A stretch of 64,000 nucleotides of DNA, taken from NCBI GenBank assembly GCA_963662285.2, contig CAXXMV010000003.1, positions 320,001 through 384,000 on the forward strand, written 5' to 3'. Shown here in pieces: positions 31,051 to 41,962 of the stretch; position 1 is the first letter of the stretch; each line of letters begins with the position of its first letter. The notes beneath the pieces were generated by a model that searched no databases, was not told where the DNA came from, and worked only from the letters and a program-made list of their open reading frames with translations. The position numbers were made by a program, and so were the translations under genes. Source of the DNA: a bacterium. Lineage in GTDB: Bacteria > Hinthialibacterota > Hinthialibacteria > Hinthialibacterales > Hinthialibacteraceae.

Positions 31051-33498
31051 TTATTCTATTTCTTTTAAATCCAGTTCCATGTGGGGTTTGGTGATGTAAT
31101 AGAGGTCGAATTCCCACCAGCTTCTGCCGCCCTCTACATCATTTAGATAAATCGTAACTGTATAATCATTATCTTCACAAGGTTGTTCCAGGATGAAAGG
31201 ATGCATTGGTCGGCTATCAACTGAATGGGCAATTACCGAAACCTCACTGGAGGGAAGTGGATTGACAACAGTCGATTCGGCAACGGTCATACCATCCCAG
31301 CGTAAGTGCTCTAATGCAATTTTACTGCCTCGAATCCGAATTAAGTCACGCCCATCCACTTTACAGAGCCAATGTCCAAGATGGATCAAACTTTCCGCAT
31401 GAGTATCGAAAATACGCTTGTATTTTTCCTGTTCTTCTCCGATGCGCTGCTCAATGGTTTTGATGTCCGGAGCGGATGCAAAAAGCCTTTCAGCTTCTTT
31501 TAGATTACTCAAAACCTGCCTACAGTTTTTGATAAGTTGGTTTACGCCGAATAATTGATAGCGAAATCCGGGAGTTTCCGAAAACATTTTACATGTTGTC
31601 TCTAACTCATCACACAGATTTTGTAAAATGGTTTTGTTTTCACTGGTAGGATTTTCTCTGTAATGGAAAAAAGCGAAACATGTTTTAATATAAAGATTGT
31701 TGGTCAGGACAAGCAGGCGAGTCAGTTCCAATGAGTTTTCCACCTGTCCGGCAAGAGATTGATTGGTGATTAATGACTTGATGTTTTGAAACGAGCGGGA
31801 CATGACAATTGCAGTTTCTAAACCGTGATCCAGGTCTTGCAGGGTTTCAGGAATCCAAGGTTTACAGCGCAGATAAATCTTACGTAAGAACTCAAGATGC
31901 ACTTTCCCGTTATCGATGCTGGGGTAACCATCCGCGATGAACATGCCCACGCGGATATGGGGCAGTGAGTTGAATTCACCATAGGCAACCGGTTCAATAT
32001 ACAATCCATATTTATACACAGTGGGCGACTGTAATAAAATCTGCGCCATTCCCGGCGCCGCCGCCGAACCAAAATGGATGGATGCAAAATCTTCAGCGAT
32101 ATTCCTGACATCTTGGTGATGATCCCAGGAAAGACGAAAAACCGTGTATGCCGTCAGGTTTCTCGTATTCCAACCATCACCGCCGGGCATATCCAGACTG
32201 CATCCCTTCAGATTGCTGTTATCTACATCCAGCATCATCTGTAATCCGGATTGGTAATAATGTCCGGGAAAAGTTGGAAACAGGTTGCCTCCTGCGTGAT
32301 AGTCCATAGATTCGAAAACAACCATCATATTATGAGAGGTTTGATTCAACGTCGGGTTATACCGTTGATGCCACCAGCGGTCATTCTGGGTGAAACTGGG
32401 AATCAGATAAAGGTTTTTCACCGGAACCTCGTCAGTAAAAATACTGCGGTAAACCTCAGGTTGAGACTGTTGTTCGTAACTTGTGGTGGTCCAGGTGCGA
32501 TGCATATATATTTTATCGAATTCACCCACCACAACGCTCCAAACGTTTTTAATATAGGTGCGGTATCTCTTAGCCAGGCTCCAATCACAATGCGCGCCGT
32601 CATGCATGAGGTCGAAGGTCTTGTAGTTACCCCAATAATGTTGTTCGGGTCCGGTGAAAGTTGCTACGCCATCCAGTTCGGGCATTGCTTGCAGAAGCCT
32701 TCTGTATTTCGCTTTTACCGCTTCCCAAAAACTTGGATCGCTTGGAGATAATCCGGCGCCGAATTCTTTCAATAGTGATGGATGATAGGTGAAATCTGTT
32801 CCGAAAGCGACGCATTTAATGTGTAAAGCATGGGCGTAACGCACTAACTCCATCGCCTGGACGCGGCTTTTTGCGTTCTCGCTCTTTTCCGGTTCTATAT
32901 TCCAGGGAACCAAATTCAATACAGAACTAATGAATACAAGATTCAATCCATAACGAAGCGCACGGCGAATATCATCCTTGCTGGATACGGCGACTCTTGT
33001 ATAACGGATATCCAATTCCGGTTCATGTTTCACGTTGATATCAGACATGGATTTGCGCACTCTGAGACGATCCCAAATCCAATATAATCCATAAACATCA
33101 CCAAGGACTGAACCTCCGGATACGACAATTATCTTGCTATCGCCGCGCGACGCTGTAACGATTTCATATCCGTCGGGATTATTAATACCTTCGAGTGATA
33201 TGCTGCCTTGTTGGTACAAATTTGCAGTTATCTGATTCCGTGTACGATTTCCAAGCACGATTGCATTGGCCGGAAGATTGCTCGAGTCAGGGGCAACGTT
33301 GAAAGTTATTCCGTATTTTTTACCAGTGTTTCTCAAATCTTCAAGCGCAACTTTTACTGCTTCATCATCTAGACTTTCAGGTGAAGCAACAATCGTCCAT
33401 TCTTCATTTGGTTGTGAAAATGTTTGTAATGATGACGCTGTAAGAATGATGAAAATCGTCAGATAACGTAACATAAGAGGTTGACTCCTTGAAATCAT
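31051..33498 (-). CDS. Secreted putative glycoside hydrolase with GH67/GH20-type N-terminal domain
   Basis: Signal peptide; PDGYEI...IIVVSGGSVLGDVYGLY; AMPELDG; catalytic family unclear. Confidence 0.55.
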   Translation of the reverse strand: MISRSQPLMLRYLTIFIILTASSLQTFSQPNEEWTIVASPESLDDEAVKVALEDLRNTGKKYGITFNVAPDSSNLPANAIVLGNRTRNQITANLYQQGSISLEGINNPDGYEIVTASRGDSKIIVVSGGSVLGDVYGLYWIWDRLRVRKSMSDINVKHEPELDIRYTRVAVSSKDDIRRALRYGLNLVFISSVLNLVPWNIEPEKSENAKSRVQAMELVRYAHALHIKCVAFGTDFTYHPSLLKEFGAGLSPSDPSFWEAVKAKYRRLLQAMPELDGVATFTGPEQHYWGNYKTFDLMHDGAHCDWSLAKRYRTYIKNVWSVVVGEFDKIYMHRTWTTTSYEQQSQPEVYRSIFTDEVPVKNLYLIPSFTQNDRWWHQRYNPTLNQTSHNMMVVFESMDYHAGGNLFPTFPGHYYQSGLQMMLDVDNSNLKGCSLDMPGGDGWNTRNLTAYTVFRLSWDHHQDVRNIAEDFASIHFGSAAAPGMAQILLQSPTVYKYGLYIEPVAYGEFNSLPHIRVGMFIADGYPSIDNGKVHLEFLRKIYLRCKPWIPETLQDLDHGLETAIVMSRSFQNIKSLITNQSLAGQVENSLELTRLLVLTNNLYIKTCFAFFHYRENPTSENKTILQNLCDELETTCKMFSETPGFRYQLFGVNQLIKNCRQVLSNLKEAERLFASAPDIKTIEQRIGEEQEKYKRIFDTHAESLIHLGHWLCKVDGRDLIRIRGSKIALEHLRWDGMTVAESTVVNPLPSSEVSVIAHSVDSRPMHPFILEQPCEDNDYTVTIYLNDVEGGRSWWEFDLYYITKPHMELDLKEIE

Positions 33499-33508
33499 TC
33501 GACTGGAT

Positions 33509-36500
33509 TCAATGTTGGATATCTATAACAACTTTTTTATAAGCCCTGATGGTGACTGGTCCTATTAATCCAGAAGGCGGTAATGGTTCAAAACCTATTG
33601 GACTATGAGAACCTTTTGGTAATGGGGGTACGGCGCTGCCGTAAATTGGAACCAGATGTTCTGGAATTGGTCTGGGATTTTTATAATTGGATACGCGGTT
33701 GATTAAAGTATTGGTGACCAGGACAGTCATCCTGTTTCCGATAGGTTGCAGCGTATTGGTTATGTCCAGTGTTTGTCCTCTCATCCACACCGTACCCATT
33801 GATGCGTCATTGATCTGGAATTCGGCGATGTTGCCGATTTTCCCAGGGACTAATTCCAATATTATGTTATCACTGAGATAGGATGAAGGTATGTCAAACG
33901 ATATGTCATAACGGGCTGTTCCGCTGAAATATTTTGTTTGTGGATCAAGCGTCCATGAATCTAATTGATCTATTGTTTTCTCAATGCGGGGAAACTCTAC
34001 GCCTTCAAATGTAAGTTTCCATTCACCTTCAATGGCGAAGGGCGCAGGAATATTTTCTACCAGGACTGGCTTGGTTTTTCCCAAATCGTGAGATAACTGT
34101 ATATGGAAGGTTCCGTTATGATCGGTTATGGCTTCAACCGCATCGTAGGTAATCCGTTCGATGCGTTTGAATGGACTTTGCAAGGCGTGAATCTTCGCTC
34201 TTCCGTATTCGAACATGATAAAGGTAGATTCATAAGGCGCGAGAGTCAGAGGTATCTCGATGCCATTCTGGTTTTCATGGAATTGATATATTTGACGAAT
34301 ATCCCCTGTGTAGGGATTCCATTGTTGCGGTATAGCTTGATGAACTCGGAAGGTTACCGGCAAATCGACTGGCTGATCTTGAACATTGGTAACGAAGTAG
34401 AGTTCGGCGTTCTTCAATTTTCGATGGACGTGAATCAAGCCGTTGTTTCTTCGTAGACTTTCACGATTGAAGTCGATGCCGAAATCCGGGGTTACATGCT
34501 GTCGCAAAGTATTGACGAAGGGATCAAGCAGGCTGCTTTTCCAATCTAATTTATCTGTCCGGTGCATAACGTTTTTAATGTAATATGTTGTCCCGCTGCC
34601 GTATTGCTTCGGCCCGGTTCCGAATTCGCCTTGGGGTTCATCGAACATTTCACTGATGATCTCATGAACAGCCCGGTCATTCTTATGATAGTTAATTAAT
34701 CCAGTGGAACTATCAGGTACTTGTTCCAAGGCAATCGCCACTCCTCCCTTTTGAACAAAGGTTTGGATTCTTTCCAGTGTGTTGAGCGGAAGGGCTTTGA
34801 TATCGGGAAGAATGATGACTTTATAGTCAAATTGTATTTGGTCGTTTATACGCCAAATTTTCAGCTGACCTGGTTCGATAGCAGTGCAGTTTTGTAAAAT
34901 ATCATCATTGATCAGATCAAAATCGTAGCCGTTGGCGGTTATCAACTTACCCAGGTCGCCCCACTGGAAATCTCGCGTCCAACGCCGGGCGTTCAAAACA
35001 TCAAGCGTCCATTGGTTGGCTAAGGGAGAATAGACGGCGATGTCCGCAGTAAATTCTCCCTGACGCAGCATCCAGCAGCAACGGGCCAGATACTCAGCCA
35101 AGCGGGGATAGTGTTTCCACCATACGTTATCATGACTGATATGAATGGCGGCGCCCATGCTTCGCGATGGAACAGCGTCGCGTTCGGGAGAACAGGTATA
35201 GCCGTGATTATAAAATTTATTGGCCCCGTTTTTGAGAAAAATATCACTGGCGATTTTGAGTTCTTCCAGCGTGGCGCGGTAGGGCTGCCAATGAAGAAAG
35301 GTATAGGCTTCAGTAGATACAATGTTTTTGCCATAGAGATGAGCGCCGGAAGCTACGTACTTTTTGGGTCCGATACGCGTGTCGAACCAGGGTACGGCGT
35401 CTTTTTCCCCGGCGGTGATCTCCATTTCGGGGATGTCAGTAATTCCTGCGCCTTCAATATTATCTGTAGCGAAACCGTAGGGTTGGATACGTCCTTGTAC
35501 GCCATTAGCGCTGCACCATCCCAGAAAAGAGTCGAAGAAAGATTCCATGCCGGTTTGATGCAGGAACTGGTTTACATCATAGCGGATTTTGGAAGTCGCT
35601 TCGCCAATGTTCCACCATATTGCCGGAAGGTAATGCGTAAGGTTATAGCCTTTTTTAATCTTGAATTCATCCAGTAAACCGTTTGACCAATATATGCCAT
35701 TAGGCGCCAGAGCCACTTCAAAACTATCGCAGAAGAATGAATCTACTGTTTTACCAAATTCATCGCCAAATGTTTTATGGAATTGTTTACCCAGAAAGTC
35801 GCAATAACGGCGCATGGCGGCTAGATTGAAATGATCCACCGTCTCGCCTTGGCCGGTATATTTCAGCCAGAAGGCCATCAAGCGCCAACGCCCTTCGGGA
35901 ACGCTCCATTTAAGTGAACGGCCTTCGGTTTGCTGGGTGAGAATTGTAATAGAGTTCTGGTCTATACTTTCGTCTAACAGTTTTGCCGCGACTACTGCGA
36001 TGAGTTCATCTTCAGCTGTGATTTGTTTGAGTGGTAATTCCCATGAGTGGGTGGGAGCGCTTAACTGGATGGGTAAATCTCCCTTGAAAGTTTGAGGGCC
36101 TTCCAGATCGATGAAGGTGGGAACCAGTGATTTGCTGCGATCCTGAGGAGGAACCCAGGCGCCGCCGATCACCCAACCGGGGCCGCCGAAATTGACGGAA
36201 AGATTCATGCCAAGCCGTTTGGCTGTTTTTACGGCATGATTCAGTTTTTCAAGATAATCGTCTGAGAGATAGGGAACGTTGCCTTTTTCGTATACAGCCT
36301 CCATCGAGATTTGTTCAACTCCGCCAATCCCCTTGGCGAACATCTCTTCCAGTTGCCAGGTGATTTCATCCTTGGTCACAGCGTTCCCCATCCACCACCA
36401 ACGGGTATGGGGACGACAATCGATTGGCGGATCAACAAACATGCGCTGTATTTCATTGATGCCAATATCAGTGGCGGCATAACTGGATGAAACGCTGAAT

Positions 36501-36577
36501 ATAAAAACCGAAAAAACGAAAGTAACTAACATCATTTTAATCAAACTTGGGAATTTGAAAATATTATGGATCATCAA
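33509..36577 (-). CDS. GH106-like glycoside hydrolase (alpha-L-rhamnosidase family)
   Basis: RPHTRWWWMGN, KGIGGVE, FFCDSFE, ASGAHLYGKNIVSTEAYT, YFSGTARY, PSGLIGPV. Confidence 0.85.
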   Translation of the reverse strand: MMIHNIFKFPSLIKMMLVTFVFSVFIFSVSSSYAATDIGINEIQRMFVDPPIDCRPHTRWWWMGNAVTKDEITWQLEEMFAKGIGGVEQISMEAVYEKGNVPYLSDDYLEKLNHAVKTAKRLGMNLSVNFGGPGWVIGGAWVPPQDRSKSLVPTFIDLEGPQTFKGDLPIQLSAPTHSWELPLKQITAEDELIAVVAAKLLDESIDQNSITILTQQTEGRSLKWSVPEGRWRLMAFWLKYTGQGETVDHFNLAAMRRYCDFLGKQFHKTFGDEFGKTVDSFFCDSFEVALAPNGIYWSNGLLDEFKIKKGYNLTHYLPAIWWNIGEATSKIRYDVNQFLHQTGMESFFDSFLGWCSANGVQGRIQPYGFATDNIEGAGITDIPEMEITAGEKDAVPWFDTRIGPKKYVASGAHLYGKNIVSTEAYTFLHWQPYRATLEELKIASDIFLKNGANKFYNHGYTCSPERDAVPSRSMGAAIHISHDNVWWKHYPRLAEYLARCCWMLRQGEFTADIAVYSPLANQWTLDVLNARRWTRDFQWGDLGKLITANGYDFDLINDDILQNCTAIEPGQLKIWRINDQIQFDYKVIILPDIKALPLNTLERIQTFVQKGGVAIALEQVPDSSTGLINYHKNDRAVHEIISEMFDEPQGEFGTGPKQYGSGTTYYIKNVMHRTDKLDWKSSLLDPFVNTLRQHVTPDFGIDFNRESLRRNNGLIHVHRKLKNAELYFVTNVQDQPVDLPVTFRVHQAIPQQWNPYTGDIRQIYQFHENQNGIEIPLTLAPYESTFIMFEYGRAKIHALQSPFKRIERITYDAVEAITDHNGTFHIQLSHDLGKTKPVLVENIPAPFAIEGEWKLTFEGVEFPRIEKTIDQLDSWTLDPQTKYFSGTARYDISFDIPSSYLSDNIILELVPGKIGNIAEFQINDASMGTVWMRGQTLDITNTLQPIGNRMTVLVTNTLINRVSNYKNPRPIPEHLVPIYGSAVPPLPKGSHSPIGFEPLPPSGLIGPVTIRAYKKVVIDIQH

Positions 36578-36996
36578 TCAGTTTCCTTATATATAGCGGT
36601 TAACAAAAATATATTCATTTATTATCACGTTTGGTCTTAGAAGACGCCAATTTTTGATGGCATTTTCTAAGTTATAGTAAAGTATGCACTAGACCAATTA
36701 AAGGATCATATGTCTCGAGATAGTAACACCATTAATAGACATGGGAAAATAATTTTTCATAAAAAAACCGTTAGAACATTTTCTTTCTAAGACACAATCA
36801 TTTTGCAATAGGCTTATTTATTTGATAATTTTTTATAAAATAATGAGACATCATGAGTTGTTTGAGATATATTTTATAAAAAAGTATGCTGTTTTTATTT
36901 GTTTTGAGCAATAAGAGCATGATTGATTAAAATGAGTTATTGCCATATAGTTATCGAAAAATCATAAACTTTACAAACCAGCGGGGGGATCATCAA

Positions 36997-39882
36997 ATGG
37001 GTCGGTCATTATGGTTGTTGGCGATTATTGGTTGTGCGCTTTGGGTTAACGGGATTGCTTCTTGCGAAGAAATTGTACAAAATCCTCAACATTCGTTGAT
37101 GGTTAATAGTGAAACGTCTATTGAGACTCCAACGGTCACGCCTCTATCTACCATTACGCCTATTCCTTCTCCAACGCCTACTGAAACTCAGGTGGATTAT
37201 GTAAACAAATTCCCCGTATGTGGGGATGTTCCTGGAAATATACACGACCTGGATTTCATTCCTGAAAGTAACCGGATTATAACGCTGGATGAAGTAAACA
37301 ACTTACGTTTTTGGGAAAAAAATCCAGTTAGCCTGCTTTTGCAGCCAAACGTGGAAATTGGTGATGTAACAAAAATTGAACTGACCTGTAATGGAAAGTT
37401 TGTTTGGGTAAGTGGATGTATTGAGTTGAATTTAATAATAATAAAAGTAGATGCAATCACAGGGTTAATTATCAAGGAAATTGAAATTGGCGAAAATATT
37501 ACTACATGGGATATTGATAATGATGAAAAACATCTATTTTACGCAAAACCAAATAAAGGCATTTTTGAAATTGATTTGGAAACGGATCAGCGTAAGCAGA
37601 TATACCAATTATCTGAAGGTTTTGATTATCTTTATAATTTAATACTCTCTCCTGATAATAGTGAATTAGCCATTGTTGAATGGACTAATAGTTATGACCA
37701 GATATATGAATCCAGAGTAGTGATCTGGGATATTACTCAGAATCAGACGAAGCGTGAGTTTCATTACCATAAATACTATGTAGATAAAGTGCTGTGGACT
37801 CAAGATGGAGATTACTTATATTTTCAGACTATTGATAGAACTGATGGCTCATATCGTTCATATAGTATGGAATTGTTCGAGAAATCGACTGGTCATCATA
37901 TTGGACATCTTTACCTAGGTGATAAAAAAGGTGAAGTGGAATTAGCTCCCGATGGAGTTCGTCTTTTATTTTCGGAATGGAATAAAAAAGGCGTTGTCGC
38001 CTTGGTGGATTTTTTCTCTGGTGAAATATTACATAAGTTCCATCATCAGGGTCATGTATATTCAATGGCATTTAACCAGGATGGAACAGAAATCCTAACA
38101 GGAACCTATTCCTCGTCAAAAGAGATAGCCGCTGCATATTTATGGGATATCTGCGACATCCCGGCAGGGGAATTTCCAGATTCGTTTGTTGCGTCGACCC
38201 CCACTCCGACAATGACTATTACTCCTACAATGACTTTCACGCCTACGCGAACACCGGATCGACCACATAGTTATCCCACAGAGTATCAGTTGATGGAGAC
38301 CGACCTGAAAGCAGATCTTCTGGCGATTAATCCCGTGACTGATGATATTGTAAGTACTTATTTCGAGACTTATCCCCGCAGATTTTTTATTACTACGCCG
38401 TCGGGCGATAAAACCGAAATCACTCCAGATTCTGAAGAAGCCCAGCAGATTTTGAGTCAATCCTTTAACGATATGTGCGTATCAGAACAAGGCGTCATTT
38501 ATTTTATAGGTGACGAATTAGTGGAATTTGATCCCAACCGGATTTATAATCCCGTGCGGCAATTTGATATCAGCGGTCGTAAAATACATGTTGTTGCTGA
38601 AACAGATAGAATCCCCGGAGCAACGCCTGGGATGTTGATAATCCTCCGCACGCCAGATAATAAAAATGAAAGGGATGAATTCTTCTATTTGGGCCATAAA
38701 GAAAATGAACTGCTTCTGTTTAATCCACAGAGCGATCCTGCTACGCGTGAGATTCTTTTTACCGGGGAAGAATTTCTAAGAGGCGTTATTATAGCGGATA
38801 TGACTATTGGCCCCGAAAATCGGTTGTTCTTTATAACCAGTGGATACATAAACAAAATCATATTCCTTAATGATAAAGGATGCATTGAAGAATATTCTCA
38901 TTTATTATTTGATTTTGGATATTTATTCTCCAATTCACATTTCTATTCATTCATTTACAGCCCGATAGAACGTTCTTTCTTTTTGCAAACATATTGTATA
39001 TTTAAGATACCTATTGATGATTTATCTGAAATAAAATTTGCTTCAACGTCATATTCATCAAAAGGAATATTAGAATCATCAATATCAGGTGATAAGATTT
39101 TCGTTTCTCATCGAAAACGATTTCCTTTTGAAGATTCAATTTATGTATTAACTACTGAAACGGCGCCTGCAACTCCCACGCCTCCAGCCATAATCCCGAA
39201 ACCCACGCCAACGCCGATCAAGGCATGGTTTGTGCTTGATGGATTTGGCGGGATTCATACCACTAATGATGACGTGAAGCCTCCCGTATTACCCTATTTC
39301 ATGAATTACAACATAGTCAGAGATATCGAACCCGATCCTCAAGGCAAGGGCTGGTACATGCTGGATGGTTTTGGAGGCATACATCAATCATCAACAGAGA
39401 TGCAGAGACCTCCTATTGAAATGCCCTATTTCGGATTTGATATTGCGCGGAATCTGGAAGTTAAATTTACTGATGGCGAGTATAAGTTCTATATGCTGGA
39501 TGGCTATGGCGGAATTCACACCAACGATGAGGACTTTAAGTTTATCAATTTACCCTGGAATGATCGTGATGTAATGCGTGATCTTGAACCGGTGGATGAT
39601 AGCAATGATTGGATGGTTATGGACGATAGAGGATTAATTTATCGTAATGATACTCCTCAGATAGATCGTATTTATTACTGTTTCTTTTCAAGTAAAATCA
39701 TGAGAAGTTTCGTCCGGTTCCCGGATGATCGAACCGTCATGATCGATTTCTATGGCGGGCGGCATACCAATAGTTATTATCCGGCCAACGATGTAATCAA
39801 CGGTTTACCACCGGGATTCTATTTCCCAGGTTGGGAGATTATCTGGGATGTTGAGATTGTTCCCGAAAATATGATTGAATGA
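36997..39882 (+). CDS. Exported WD40/beta-propeller protein with PT linkers and C-terminal LDGFGGIH-repeat domain
   Basis: ATG 36997 after GGGGGA gives a signal peptide; WD40-like blades (LSPDNSELA..IWDI, AFNQDGTEILTG..LWDI). Confidence 0.8.
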   Translation: MGRSLWLLAIIGCALWVNGIASCEEIVQNPQHSLMVNSETSIETPTVTPLSTITPIPSPTPTETQVDYVNKFPVCGDVPGNIHDLDFIPESNRIITLDEVNNLRFWEKNPVSLLLQPNVEIGDVTKIELTCNGKFVWVSGCIELNLIIIKVDAITGLIIKEIEIGENITTWDIDNDEKHLFYAKPNKGIFEIDLETDQRKQIYQLSEGFDYLYNLILSPDNSELAIVEWTNSYDQIYESRVVIWDITQNQTKREFHYHKYYVDKVLWTQDGDYLYFQTIDRTDGSYRSYSMELFEKSTGHHIGHLYLGDKKGEVELAPDGVRLLFSEWNKKGVVALVDFFSGEILHKFHHQGHVYSMAFNQDGTEILTGTYSSSKEIAAAYLWDICDIPAGEFPDSFVASTPTPTMTITPTMTFTPTRTPDRPHSYPTEYQLMETDLKADLLAINPVTDDIVSTYFETYPRRFFITTPSGDKTEITPDSEEAQQILSQSFNDMCVSEQGVIYFIGDELVEFDPNRIYNPVRQFDISGRKIHVVAETDRIPGATPGMLIILRTPDNKNERDEFFYLGHKENELLLFNPQSDPATREILFTGEEFLRGVIIADMTIGPENRLFFITSGYINKIIFLNDKGCIEEYSHLLFDFGYLFSNSHFYSFIYSPIERSFFLQTYCIFKIPIDDLSEIKFASTSYSSKGILESSISGDKIFVSHRKRFPFEDSIYVLTTETAPATPTPPAIIPKPTPTPIKAWFVLDGFGGIHTTNDDVKPPVLPYFMNYNIVRDIEPDPQGKGWYMLDGFGGIHQSSTEMQRPPIEMPYFGFDIARNLEVKFTDGEYKFYMLDGYGGIHTNDEDFKFINLPWNDRDVMRDLEPVDDSNDWMVMDDRGLIYRNDTPQIDRIYYCFFSSKIMRSFVRFPDDRTVMIDFYGGRHTNSYYPANDVINGLPPGFYFPGWEIIWDVEIVPENMIE

Positions 39883-39953
39883 TCAGGGCGTATTTATATA
39901 TTAATCTTTTTAACGATAATTTATCTTATTTTAAACTATGGAGGGATCATCAA

Positions 39954-41801
39954 GTGAGCAGTACATTATGGTTGTTAGCGATTATTGGGTATGTGGTTTT
40001 ATCTTATGGGATTGGGTTTTGCGGAAAAATTACAAAACAATCTCAATATTCTTTAATTTCAGTAGATATTTATAATAACGTAACTGGCGCAAGGCAAGGC
40101 CGTAATTTGTATCATGCCAATAGTGAGACTCCAACTGAGACTCCAACCATGACGCCTACGCCGGATCAACCCAATGGCTTTCCTGCAGATTACCAGCTGG
40201 TAAAGAGCTACCTGAAAGCTGATCTTCTGGCCATTAATCCCAGAACGGATGATATTATCAGTACTTATTACGATAACTACTCCCGCAAACTGAACATCAC
40301 AATTCCGTCAGGAGATCAAATCGGAATCACACCTGATTCCGAACAAGCGCAGCAGATTTTGAATCAATCCTTTGGGGATATGTGCGTATCAGAAGAAGGC
40401 GTCATTTATCTTATTGGCGGGAAATTAGTGGAATATGATCCAAACCGCATTGATAGTCCCGTGCGGCAGTTTGATATTAGCGGTCGCAAAATTCATGTTG
40501 TTTCTGAAACGGATAGAATCCCCGGAACTAAACCCGGGATGTTAATAATTCTGAGTACTCCAAATAATCCTAGCGACGATGATGTGTGGTATATGAATGG
40601 CCGCAAGAATAATAAACTAGTTATGTTTAATCCACTTTCTGATCCCGTTGAAACCGAGATTCTTTTCGCTGGTGAAGAATTTTTGAGGGGTGTTAGCATA
40701 AACGATATGACTGTAGGTCCCGAAAATCGGTTGTTCTTTATAACCAGAGGTTACAAGAGCAAACTTTTATTCCTTAACGATGAAGGATATATAGAAGAAT
40801 ATGCCCATTTCTTGTATGATTTTGGATATCCTACTTTCCTTTCTCTTACATACAGCCCAATAGAGCGTTCTTTCTTTATATTATCTAATCATAAATTATT
40901 TAAAATATTTTCTGATGATTTATCTATTTCAGAATTCGCTTCATTAAGCCTATCATCCTTTATGTTCTCTTCTGTAAATGCAGTTTTGCAATCATCAAAA
41001 ACAGGTGATAAGATATTTTTTCCTCATGGGGAAAAAATAAATGAACAATGGATTTTTACATTAAATACTGATAAAACTCTTCCAACACCAACCCCTACGC
41101 CTCCAGCCATTATCCCGACTCCCACACCAACGCCGATCAAGGCCTGGTACGTGCTGGATGGATTTGGCGGGATTCATACTACTAATGCTGATGTGAAGCC
41201 TCCCGTGCTACCTTATTTCATGGATTACAACATAGTCAGAGATATCGAACCCGATCCTCAAGGCAAAGGCTGGTATATGCTTGATGGATATGGCGGTATT
41301 CATCAATCTTCTGCCGAGATGCAGAGACCTCCTATTGAAATGCCATATTTTGGATTTGATATTGCCCGGAATCTGGAAGTGAAATTTACCGATGGTGAGT
41401 ATAAGTTCTATATGCTGGATGGCTATGGCGGAATTCACACCAACGATGAGGACTTTAAGTTTATCAATTTACCCTGGAATAATGACGATGTGATGCGTGA
41501 TCTTGAACCAATTGAAGATAGCGACGATTGGTTGGCGCTGGATGATAGAGGATTCATTTATCGTAATAATATTCCGCAGATAGATAGTATCTTTAATATG
41601 TATTATGCAAATAAAATTATAAGAAGTTTCGTCCGGTTCCCGGATGATCGAACCGTCATGATTGATGTTTTCGGCGGACGTCATAGCAACATTTATTATC
41701 CAGCCAACGATGTTATCAACGGTTTGCCGGAGGGATTCTATTTCCCCGGTTGGGAGATTATCTGGGATGTTGAGATTGTTCCCGAAAATATGATTGAATG
41801 A
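39954..41801 (+). CDS. Paralog of the previous gene lacking the WD40 region
   Basis: GGAGG RBS before GTG 39954 with the same gggatcatcaa context; shares the middle and C-terminal domains. Confidence 0.8.
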   Translation: MSSTLWLLAIIGYVVLSYGIGFCGKITKQSQYSLISVDIYNNVTGARQGRNLYHANSETPTETPTMTPTPDQPNGFPADYQLVKSYLKADLLAINPRTDDIISTYYDNYSRKLNITIPSGDQIGITPDSEQAQQILNQSFGDMCVSEEGVIYLIGGKLVEYDPNRIDSPVRQFDISGRKIHVVSETDRIPGTKPGMLIILSTPNNPSDDDVWYMNGRKNNKLVMFNPLSDPVETEILFAGEEFLRGVSINDMTVGPENRLFFITRGYKSKLLFLNDEGYIEEYAHFLYDFGYPTFLSLTYSPIERSFFILSNHKLFKIFSDDLSISEFASLSLSSFMFSSVNAVLQSSKTGDKIFFPHGEKINEQWIFTLNTDKTLPTPTPTPPAIIPTPTPTPIKAWYVLDGFGGIHTTNADVKPPVLPYFMDYNIVRDIEPDPQGKGWYMLDGYGGIHQSSAEMQRPPIEMPYFGFDIARNLEVKFTDGEYKFYMLDGYGGIHTNDEDFKFINLPWNNDDVMRDLEPIEDSDDWLALDDRGFIYRNNIPQIDSIFNMYYANKIIRSFVRFPDDRTVMIDVFGGRHSNIYYPANDVINGLPEGFYFPGWEIIWDVEIVPENMIE

Positions 41802-41962
41802 TCAGAGTAATTCTAACAACTTATCGGCTTGGTTAACTTGACGATGCATAATGTTTTGTGTGATGATTGTCTTGAATGAATCATTGAAGATGATTCGTAT
41901 TGTTCAACATTATGCAGATAACTCTATACTGCTGAAAAGCAAAACTGGTTGGAGTCGATAAA

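Noticed and set aside
39220-41801. Near-identical 3' regions as a DGR template/variable repeat pair
   Set aside because: Mismatches are not adenine-specific, both copies are coding, and no reverse transcriptase is in the window
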